Source: Candidatus Poseidoniaceae archaeon (GTDB lineage: Archaea; Thermoplasmatota; Poseidoniia; Poseidoniales; Poseidoniaceae). Taken from it: a stretch of 64,000 bases of DNA. Below, piece after piece: positions 56,483 to 64,000 of the stretch. Each line of letters begins with the position of its first letter. Position 1 is the first letter of the stretch. Made by a program: the position numbers and the translations under genes. The DNA lies in NCBI GenBank assembly GCA_943788655.1, contig CALSRB010000005.1, positions 258,502-322,501 of the forward strand. Direction: 5' to 3'. The notes under the pieces were generated by a model. That model searched no databases. It was given only the letters and a program-made list of their open reading frames with translations, and was not told the DNA's origin.

Positions 56483-57547
56483 TCACTCAGGGGGAATTGG
56501 TGGAGCGTAGCCACCTTTCACTGCCTCTTGCACAATGGCGATATCGGCGTCGACCATCATTTGCACAAGTTCCTCAAAGGAAGTACCTGGAACCCAACCG
56601 AGTTCCTTCTCAGCAAGAGCAGGGTCGCCGATCAACAGGTCAACTTCTGCAGGGCGGAAGAACTTGGGATTGGTGCGAACACGAATCATACCGTCTTGAT
56701 CGGTGGCGATGGTGTCAACCCCTTCGCCTGACCAAACAAGGTTCATGCCAACGTGGCTGAATGCAAGGGTGATCATGTCACGCACGCTGTGAGTGCGGCC
56801 TGTTGCGACAACATAGTCGCCGGGCGTTTCTTGTTGAAGCATGCGCCATTGCATCTCCACATAGTCCCCAGCAAAGCCCCAGTCGCGCTTCGCATCGACG
56901 TTGCCGATCCAGAGGCATTCATCGAAGCCCTTTGCGATCCGAGCTGCCGTCATCGTCACCTTGCGGGTCACGAATTCAAGGCCACGGCGTGGGCTTTCGT
57001 GGTTGAAGAGGATACCAGTGCAGGCAAACATATCGTAGGACTCACGGTAATTTCGGGTGATTTCGAAAGCGAACACCTTTGCGCATCCATACGGTGAGCG
57101 AGGATGGAAGGGTGTGGCTTCTGTTTGAGGAACATCGCGCACCTTTCCATATTGTTCTGAAGAACCGGCTTGATAGAAGCGGCAGTGCGGAGCATGCTTG
57201 CGAATCGCTTCAAGGCACCGCAATGCCCCAAGGCCGGTGATGTCAGCGGTCATCATTGGTGAGCGCCATGATTCAGGAACGAAGGACATGGCACCAAGGT
57301 TGTAGAATTCATCGGGTTGGGATTGTGCAACAGCGTTGTCGATGGAGTTTTGATCGGCAAGGTCACCGTTGACGAGGTGGAATTTTTCGTGAGTCAGAAG
57401 GTGGTTGATGAGGCTTCGACCGGAGGTTGGTTGTGAGACCCGACGGACCAATCCATAGACTTCGTAGCCCTTCTCAAGCAAGAGTTCTGCAAGGTATGAA
57501 CCATCTTGGCCAGTGATTCCCGTCACCATTGCTGTTTTGCCGCTCAT
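56483..57547 (-). CDS. gmd: GDP-mannose 4,6-dehydratase
   Basis: TGITGQDGSYLAE, PRSPYGCAK, GILFNHESPRRG.EFVTRK, RDWG, RPAEVD.L.GD. Confidence 0.95.
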   Translation of the reverse strand: MSGKTAMVTGITGQDGSYLAELLLEKGYEVYGLVRRVSQPTSGRSLINHLLTHEKFHLVNGDLADQNSIDNAVAQSQPDEFYNLGAMSFVPESWRSPMMTADITGLGALRCLEAIRKHAPHCRFYQAGSSEQYGKVRDVPQTEATPFHPRSPYGCAKVFAFEITRNYRESYDMFACTGILFNHESPRRGLEFVTRKVTMTAARIAKGFDECLWIGNVDAKRDWGFAGDYVEMQWRMLQQETPGDYVVATGRTHSVRDMITLAFSHVGMNLVWSGEGVDTIATDQDGMIRVRTNPKFFRPAEVDLLIGDPALAEKELGWVPGTSFEELVQMMVDADIAIVQEAVKGGYAPPIPPE

Positions 57548-57663
57548 GACTATCGGTAGGTATCTCCCTTTTTGAATCGGTCGTGTCAACGCGTGGGAGA
57601 AAAAGAGGTGAAGGTTTGCCAACCAAGGGTGGATTTCAAAGCAGGTCAACAGTTGAGAGAACC

Positions 57664-58953
57664 ATGGCAGCGGGCACGAAAGGGGCAGAGAAGCGCCTGC
57701 GCGTTCTCGTCGTGCGCGGTTCGTTCGCTCAGCTCGGTGGTGCTGAGCGGGAGTTGTTGCAACTGTTGCGCAACGTCGATCAGCGTTGGGATGTTGGCCT
57801 TGCCACGCTCGAATTCCCGGAGCACGCTCGCTCGTTGATTGAAGGAGCCGACATCACCGTTTACTCACTCGATACGCCCCTTGAATGGCCGAGCGGTGCG
57901 GCTGCCGAGGTGCTTGCTTCTTCCAGTAAGAAAACAGCAAAGGCCTGGAAGGATGTCGACATCCCATTCCAAAACTACGACGCTGTTCACCTTTCTGTGT
58001 GCCCTGGCACCCTCGAGATCTTACCAAGAATCCCTGCAGGACTCCCTGTTCACTATCATTGCCTTGAGCCGCCCCGGTGGTTGTACGAAGATTTGCTCCA
58101 CAGGCGTCTTGATGGAACGCTGAAGCGCCCGTTATGGCTCACGAACCTGATTTTTTCGCTGCAACGACGGCGTGACAAAGCGTATGTTCGCCAGCTTATT
58201 GCACGGCCTCATGCCACCCTTTCCGGCAATTCGCCATGGATTCAACAATGGATTTCCGAACTCTATGGTGTGGCCAGCAGCCCAACAAAAACAAACGGTG
58301 AACCCCCCGAACGAGACGCACACCACCGACTGACTGAAGCCACGCATGTACTGAATGTCATCGACTTGGAGAGTTGGCCACAACACCCAACTGATGATGA
58401 GCAAACGGCCCTTGAGGAGGCACCTGCAACCCCGGCAGAGTATGTTGTCACCGTTGGCCAAGTCATCCATGCCAAAGGAGCGTGGTCGACTGTTGAATCG
58501 CTGAAAGACACCGGGCTTGGCCTTGTTCAAGTCGGCGGAGGCAGGGAAGAGGACAAGCAAGCACTTGTTCAACGGGGCAAGGCAATCGGCGTCGAAGTCG
58601 TCTGCATGCCAAGGCTTTCCCAAGCGGCGCTACGAGCCATTATTCGTGGCAGCCGGGCAATGGTAAGCCATGCTCGCCGCGAACCGTTTGGCCTCACACC
58701 GATTGAAGCGATGGCAATTGGGGTACCTGCATTAATGGTGAATGAGAGTGGTTTTGCCGACACAATGGCTGCTTCAGGCTCTGGTCGCTTGATTGAACGG
58801 AGCGATTTGGGTGCATGGAAAGCAGCCTATCTCGATGCAAAGGATCCTCAGCTGCGCCAGCAATGGGCCGAAGCGGGACGACCCTATGTCGAAGCGAGGT
58901 TTTCGATGCAGGTTCAAATCGAAGCCCTCGAACGATTGCTGGTTGTTCATTAA
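57664..58953 (+). CDS. Glycosyltransferase family 4
   Basis: GGAERE and EPFGLTPIEAMAIGVP. Confidence 0.88.
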   Translation: MAAGTKGAEKRLRVLVVRGSFAQLGGAERELLQLLRNVDQRWDVGLATLEFPEHARSLIEGADITVYSLDTPLEWPSGAAAEVLASSSKKTAKAWKDVDIPFQNYDAVHLSVCPGTLEILPRIPAGLPVHYHCLEPPRWLYEDLLHRRLDGTLKRPLWLTNLIFSLQRRRDKAYVRQLIARPHATLSGNSPWIQQWISELYGVASSPTKTNGEPPERDAHHRLTEATHVLNVIDLESWPQHPTDDEQTALEEAPATPAEYVVTVGQVIHAKGAWSTVESLKDTGLGLVQVGGGREEDKQALVQRGKAIGVEVVCMPRLSQAALRAIIRGSRAMVSHARREPFGLTPIEAMAIGVPALMVNESGFADTMAASGSGRLIERSDLGAWKAAYLDAKDPQLRQQWAEAGRPYVEARFSMQVQIEALERLLVVH

Positions 58954-58973
58954 GGGTCAGCGGTTTAACCTCC

Positions 58974-59618
58974 GTGAACACTGAGGGGACCCCAAAGAAA
59001 CTGGCCATCATCGGCGCTGGCGGCATCGGAAGCAATCTTGCTGAACTTTTGATTCCTGCCTTGCGAAGGTTGAGCATATCTGCAAACATAACTGTGATGG
59101 ATGATGACGTGGTTGAGTCGGGGAACCTTGGCCATCAACGCTACACTGAGAACGACCTTGGTGTCAAAAAGGTGGATGCATTGGTTTCAAGATTACACAA
59201 CGAATCAAGCACTGTCCAAGTTTCTGCTTGCACAGAAAACCTCCGTGATGCAACCCAACTGGGTGGTTTTGACATGGTTGTTGTCTGCGTCGATCGGCCT
59301 GAACCACGCCGACTTGTGCATGCACTAAATGTTCCATGGGTTGACTTGAGATGCGGTGGTGACGGGTACGTGATGTTGAGTTACCAATCTGAACGTTCCC
59401 TTGTTCGCCACATGACACCAGACCATCAACCGATGAGCTGCCAACACCCCGGCGCCCTCGAAGATGGCAACCTTGAATTTGGATTTGCCAACGCAGCTTC
59501 ACTCGGTGCTCAATGGGCGCTCCAACTGCTCCGGGGCCAACAACCTCCTGTGCAATCGATGGGATCGTTGACCTATGGTGCGTTCAATTTCCCAACTGTC
59601 CCTGAGGTGAACGCATGA
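58974..59618 (+). CDS. ThiF/E1-like adenylyltransferase (atypical, no CxxC zinc motifs)
   Basis: IIGAGGIGS, DDDVVESGNLGHQ, GVKKVDAL, VCVD....R, WVDLR, candidate catalytic Cys in PMSCQ; probable GTG start. Confidence 0.85.
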   Translation: MNTEGTPKKLAIIGAGGIGSNLAELLIPALRRLSISANITVMDDDVVESGNLGHQRYTENDLGVKKVDALVSRLHNESSTVQVSACTENLRDATQLGGFDMVVVCVDRPEPRRLVHALNVPWVDLRCGGDGYVMLSYQSERSLVRHMTPDHQPMSCQHPGALEDGNLEFGFANAASLGAQWALQLLRGQQPPVQSMGSLTYGAFNFPTVPEVNA

Positions 59619-60169
59619 TTGTCATACCAGATTTGGACCAACTTGAGTTGGACGATGAGGCATGGGGCCGTCTGTGCACCATGGCGGGCGAACGTCGAAT
59701 CGGAGATGAAATCATGGAGATACAAGCCAAAGCAGCGCTTCTTGGCCGATGGGATGTGGTGTATGTTTTGTCTCGGCTTGCTGGTTTGGAAACATCAGTG
59801 CTTATCGATGCTGAAGACAATGTTTCCGTCGATTGGGGAAGCCCCGGTCGAGTCGCCCTGGCCCCTCCTGTTGGATGCGCTGCACCGTTCAAGGTGTGGA
59901 CGCACACACACCCAGGGTTTGAGGCGTATTGGAGTGGAACGGATACCAACAGTTTGGCGATTGCGAGTGGGATTGTTTCCAAGGCGCTGGTGCTTGGGGC
60001 ACCCGGCATTAAACAGAGCCGGAACGCAACGCTCGCTTCAGTTGACGACGAAGTGGATCGGATTTCACCCCAAGAACCGTTGAACTACTGGACGGATGAA
60101 CCTGTGACTCCATGGGCTTCCTTTTATGCAGAATTATCGGAACAAGCGATGGTCGAGGTGAGCGCATGA
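59615..60169 (+). CDS. JAB/MPN+-like metallopeptidase
   Basis: LETSVLID and HTHPGFEAYWSGTD, matching E...HxHx7Sx2D; GAGGTGA RBS, ATGA overlap. Confidence 0.8.
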   Translation: MIVIPDLDQLELDDEAWGRLCTMAGERRIGDEIMEIQAKAALLGRWDVVYVLSRLAGLETSVLIDAEDNVSVDWGSPGRVALAPPVGCAAPFKVWTHTHPGFEAYWSGTDTNSLAIASGIVSKALVLGAPGIKQSRNATLASVDDEVDRISPQEPLNYWTDEPVTPWASFYAELSEQAMVEVSA

Positions 60170-60405
60170 CGTCAATTCGAGCCCCGAAAGATGAAGACGA
60201 GCGGAGAAAGGCGCACCTCGCTGTTGCATTAGGCATGGGTCGCTGTCTTGAGGATGTGGTTGGAGAAATCATCGGTGAAATCCCTGACGAAGCCCTGCTC
60301 ATGGCCATTCGAAATAGAATTCAATTTGCACAAGAAGCAAAGGAAACACTCGACTTTACCGCCCTTGTCAAAGGGATCATTGAACTCCAAAATGAACACG
60401 TATAG
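60166..60405 (+). CDS. 79-aa helical hypothetical protein
   Basis: GAGGTGA RBS, ATGA overlap with the JAB gene; MTSIRAPKDEDERRKAH... Confidence 0.8.
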   Translation: MTSIRAPKDEDERRKAHLAVALGMGRCLEDVVGEIIGEIPDEALLMAIRNRIQFAQEAKETLDFTALVKGIIELQNEHV

Positions 60406-60415
60406 AGGTGAACAT

Positions 60416-61357
60416 ATGAAGGTCCCACACAACGAATGCACGGCGTTCAATTGTGTGCTGTGTCATGCTTGGTCGCCTAAAGAATTACGCCGCCAAGACC
60501 TTCATCGTGCTTGGCATAAGAACCTGCAAGCAATGCCGAACGAACAAGCAGAAGAGGTTGGTCAATCCAACAAGATGACATTGGATACGCTGCTCGATCA
60601 AGTTCAGCCTGACCAAGCAGCCGGTGTTTCACTCATCTCATTGCCTGACGAAGCACCGCAACTTATGGCCCATTGCATGGGCTACAATGAGCCAAATTTA
60701 CGCCATCAACTCGAGGCTCGAGCGTTGAAGGACGATGGAGCATTGAGTTTGGAAGATTGGCTTGCGCTGACGCCATACATGATGTTGGATCGTGAAGGCG
60801 AGGTGTCCTACGAACAACGCGGTCAGTTGATGGGGCGCTTTGATTACGAGACAACGAGGTTTTTCCTCGAAATCTGGCATGGTTATTATGGTGTGAACAA
60901 TGCCCTTCGGCTGAGAAACAGCATGGTTCGGATTCATTCTGTCCTTGAGGGCCTACCTTCTACTGAACGCCGTGCATTGACTTTTTTGCACGAAACAGTG
61001 GATGCACAACCTGAGCGAATTGTCGTTGAAGAAGATGGAAGCCTGACCGTTCATGGTGAATCCGGATTGCATTGGCTCATTCTCCCAAGTCATCGAAAGG
61101 TGCCAATTGTCAAGTGCAAAGAAATTGCGAAAACTGTTTGTATTCAACCCCATGGCCATCAATTGGAATGCCCGAGTGGAGATTATCCTGCTCTGTACGC
61201 CATCAGCATGCTCAATGATCTGGCAACATCCCTTCGAGTGCACACGTTATCCGATGGTCTTGTGACCGAGTTGAAAAAGGCACGATCACGCGTTGGTGTA
61301 ACCGGGCTTCCGGCCTTCAATCAACGCAGAGAGTCCTTCCAGCGAGTCTTTGGTTGA
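60416..61357 (+). CDS. Hypothetical protein with N-terminal Cys cluster and C-terminal V.GESG / CI.P / P.GD / LND domain
   Basis: GAGGTGA RBS; CTAFNCVLC; LTVHGESGLHW...VCIQP...CPSGD...MLND. Confidence 0.75.
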   Translation: MKVPHNECTAFNCVLCHAWSPKELRRQDLHRAWHKNLQAMPNEQAEEVGQSNKMTLDTLLDQVQPDQAAGVSLISLPDEAPQLMAHCMGYNEPNLRHQLEARALKDDGALSLEDWLALTPYMMLDREGEVSYEQRGQLMGRFDYETTRFFLEIWHGYYGVNNALRLRNSMVRIHSVLEGLPSTERRALTFLHETVDAQPERIVVEEDGSLTVHGESGLHWLILPSHRKVPIVKCKEIAKTVCIQPHGHQLECPSGDYPALYAISMLNDLATSLRVHTLSDGLVTELKKARSRVGVTGLPAFNQRRESFQRVFG

Positions 61358-63376
61358 GAAAATCTCAGTCAACCGGTCGAGTTCCATTTGCAAACCTGCT
61401 GACAAGTCTGTCTTGGAAGTTGCATCGATCAAGTCGCTTGCCATCTTCAACGCAATTGGGGCTGTTCTGGAGAGGGATTTCATTTGCCGAGCGATGTTCT
61501 TGTCGTCTGCATCAAATCCATCTGGGCAGGTTCCTGCCATGATTGTCGCCATGTTCTCGTCGCTGTAGAACGAAGTGGCGAATGAGGCGACGGCTGAATC
61601 TGGATGCGCTGGTGAACCTGGGTATTTGTTGCTGGGCTTGCCTTGGCTGGCAAGTTCGCTGACACATGCATCCACCGATGCGACATCGACCAAATGGGTT
61701 AACAGTCCCAGATCGAATCCTGTTTGAGCGTTCATGAAATTTCCAGCAAGGACCGACCAGCGAGCTGCTGGGATGCCACAAATTCGTGCAGGCCGTTGAG
61801 TACCGCCCAATCCGGGATAGATACCAATCGAAGTTTCTGGGAAGCGGAATTGTGTGCGACGTGTTCCGATTCGGTAGTCACATGCAAGAGCAAGTTCCAA
61901 ACCGCCACCAAGCGCCAACCCTGTGGTCAGTGCCACCGTTGTCTTTCTTGAAGATTCCAATTTGTTGAGCATGGTGTGGCCATCTGCAGTGAAGGTCACA
62001 ATTTCAGGAATTGAATCAGCACGGATCTTGTCGACAAAGAATTTCACATCCGCTCCAGCCACGAAGGCCTTTCCGGCACCATCGAGAACGATGGTGTGGA
62101 CCGAATCGTCAGCATTCACTGCATCGAGCGCTGAGTTGAGTTGGCCGACCACAGTTTCGTTGAGGGCGTTCATGGCTTCTGGTCGGTTGATGGTAAGGGT
62201 TGCAACGCCATTCTCAATCGAAGTGTCGACGTAGGAGAAGTTCCATGCTTGATTCGAAGTTGCTTGTGCACCGAAGAATTCAGGCACCTTCCATGCTCGT
62301 GCTTCGTCGCTTTGAGCGCTCAATGAGGCGTAGGCTTCAGCCATGCGATGAGCTTCTTGAATTCCAACTCGGTTCATCATTTCAAATGGACCTCGTGCCC
62401 ATCGCAGACCAACCTTAGCGCCTCGATCAACATCTTCCATCGAGCAAACTCCTTCTTCGACGATTTGTGCAGCCACGCCAAACACAACACCGTACAGTCG
62501 TTCCGCAATGGTCGTGTATTGTTCAGATGAATAGGCATCATCACCTGCAACATCCCAATGAGCATTGGCTTCAATCAAATCACGCAAGTTTTGAGCACCA
62601 ACATAGCGGGGGGTGTGCAATTGTTCGGCAAGGTAATCCGTTGAATGAAGGGCAATCGGTGGGCCAGTCAAGTTCATCAGTCCAAATGGACCAAGTCCAA
62701 TGCGGAATGCTTTGCAAGCCGCTGCATCGATCTGCGCTGCTGTTGCAACGCCCTCTTCGAGGAGCAAGCATGCTTCGTTGAGCCAAGGCACAAAGAAGCG
62801 GTTGACGACGAAACCTGGTCGGTCACCACAAACGATGACCACCTTTCCGAGCATCTTGCAGTACTGAACGACCTTTTCAATCGTTTCAGGACTTGATGAT
62901 GCCGCTGGTATAACTTCGACCAATCGGTTCTTGGCTGGGTGGTAAAAGAAGTGCAGACCAACGAATCGATCAGGTCGGCCTGTTGCTTCAGCAAGCGCAT
63001 TAACTGAAAGTGAAGAAGTGTTTGAGGCAAGAATCGTATCTGGTCCACACGCTGCATCGAGTGTGGTGAACACGGCGGTTTTTACATCGAAGTCTTCGAA
63101 CACAGCCTCAATGACAAGATCGGTGTTCGCAGCGGTGTTTTCAACACCGACAACCCCAGTGATGCGCCCTTGGATGGCCTCCACTTGAGCAGGGGAGAAA
63201 ATTCGTCGCTCCACTGCTTCGGAGAGGAAATCACTGATGATGCCTTGACCACGGTCAACCCATTGTTGCTCTCGGTCCACCATTTGAACGTCGAATTCTT
63301 CCTGAGCTGTCTTCTGTGCGATTCCGGAACCCATGTTCCCCGCACCAACAATTGCCACTCGCTGAATAGGTTGCAT
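61286..63376 (-). CDS. 3-hydroxyacyl-CoA dehydrogenase / enoyl-CoA hydratase fusion (archaeal domain order)
   Basis: GAGNMGSGIA, SNTSSL, GLHFF, PGFVVNR; then NRPEAMNALN, FVAGAD, LGGGLELALACD. Confidence 0.93.
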   Translation of the reverse strand: MQPIQRVAIVGAGNMGSGIAQKTAQEEFDVQMVDREQQWVDRGQGIISDFLSEAVERRIFSPAQVEAIQGRITGVVGVENTAANTDLVIEAVFEDFDVKTAVFTTLDAACGPDTILASNTSSLSVNALAEATGRPDRFVGLHFFYHPAKNRLVEVIPAASSSPETIEKVVQYCKMLGKVVIVCGDRPGFVVNRFFVPWLNEACLLLEEGVATAAQIDAAACKAFRIGLGPFGLMNLTGPPIALHSTDYLAEQLHTPRYVGAQNLRDLIEANAHWDVAGDDAYSSEQYTTIAERLYGVVFGVAAQIVEEGVCSMEDVDRGAKVGLRWARGPFEMMNRVGIQEAHRMAEAYASLSAQSDEARAWKVPEFFGAQATSNQAWNFSYVDTSIENGVATLTINRPEAMNALNETVVGQLNSALDAVNADDSVHTIVLDGAGKAFVAGADVKFFVDKIRADSIPEIVTFTADGHTMLNKLESSRKTTVALTTGLALGGGLELALACDYRIGTRRTQFRFPETSIGIYPGLGGTQRPARICGIPAARWSVLAGNFMNAQTGFDLGLLTHLVDVASVDACVSELASQGKPSNKYPGSPAHPDSAVASFATSFYSDENMATIMAGTCPDGFDADDKNIARQMKSLSRTAPIALKMASDLIDATSKTDLSAGLQMELDRLTEIFSTKDSLEGLSALIEGRKPGYTNA

Positions 63377-63426
63377 GGCTTTGCGAATGGAACTTCGCTC
63401 ATGAACAATGCGGCCCTGCGTTTCCC

Positions 63427-64000
63427 TCAAAAGAGGCTGTTGTAAGCATCGCTTGTTCGTTGATTGTAGACGTTCATGTCAAACGAATGAGCGTGGGCAA
63501 CAAGCGCTTGGTCAGCATCTGGCCATCGATGTTTTTCGTCCGAAGAAGTGCGCTGCTTCCACCCTTGATGGACATCAAGCAGCGCAGCCCGCCATGACAC
63601 GACATCGTCTGCTGGCAAACAGGAGCCTTCTGGCATCAATTCATTATGCGAAGCTTCGTTCGAACAGAGCACTCGCGTTCCTGTCGCCATTGCTTCGAGT
63701 GGAGGGTATCCAAAGCCTTCACTGATGCTTGGGAACAGCAGTGCTTCGCTTGCAAATCGCATGTCCATGAGAGCGGTGTCCGACAAATCGCCGCCGTGAG
63801 CGGTGAAGTGTGGAATGGAATGTGCGGCTGCGAGTTCGACAATCGATGGTGCACCAGTGGGTGATTTGGGATCTCCAACATGATGAACGTGGAGGTCTTG
63901 CTTTACTTCTGCATCGAGGCCGCCAAGCACATTGAACAAGAAATCCATTCGTTTTCTCGGGTCATGGCTTCCGACAATCAAGAGGTGGCAGGCCCGCCCC
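63427..64000 (-). CDS. Glycosyltransferase family 4, partial (start lies beyond the right edge)
   Basis: VGSHDPRK and FPSISEGFGYPPLEAMATG. Confidence 0.85.
   Translation of the reverse strand, partial: GRACHLLIVGSHDPRKRMDFLFNVLGGLDAEVKQDLHVHHVGDPKSPTGAPSIVELAAAHSIPHFTAHGGDLSDTALMDMRFASEALLFPSISEGFGYPPLEAMATGTRVLCSNEASHNELMPEGSCLPADDVVSWRAALLDVHQGWKQRTSSDEKHRWPDADQALVAHAHSFDMNVYNQRTSDAYNSLF

Noticed and set aside
56275-56514. Programmed frameshift in the GST gene
   Set aside because: There is no slippery heptamer or stimulatory structure, and it falls within the local cluster of probable sequencing indels.

Overview
Gene-dense archaeal window. It most resembles Marine Group II Euryarchaeota (Ca. 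Poseidoniales). This is an inference from the Taw1/Taw2 wyosine genes, GGTGA/GAGGTGA ribosome-binding sites, BRE-TATA promoters, giant acidic thrombospondin-type-3/FG-GAP surface proteins and an AlkB-like hydroxylase. Most of it is ordinary core genome: thiN, glycosyltransferases, TPMT, uvrC, gpmA, an ABC exporter with TetR, a cold-shock protein, phoU and PiT, gmd, and a 3-hydroxyacyl-CoA dehydrogenase/enoyl-CoA hydratase. Three things stand out. (1) A coupled four-gene operon at 58974-61357 encodes an atypical E1/ThiF enzyme, a JAB peptidase, a small helical protein and a Cys-motif protein, with no ubiquitin-fold gene. (2) A minus-strand island at about 51.9-55.8 kb runs promoter, structured leader, tRNA-Arg(TCG), four frame-broken genes, a four-way-junction RNA, and a tRNA-shaped RNA whose anticodon loop is replaced by a GNRA tetraloop. 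The four genes include a relative of the E1-operon Cys-motif protein and a C39-like peptidase. (3) Two unannotated, translationally coupled paralogous microproteins (54 and 38 aa) lie upstream of the AlkB-like gene. All family calls come from motif recognition by eye; no searches were run.
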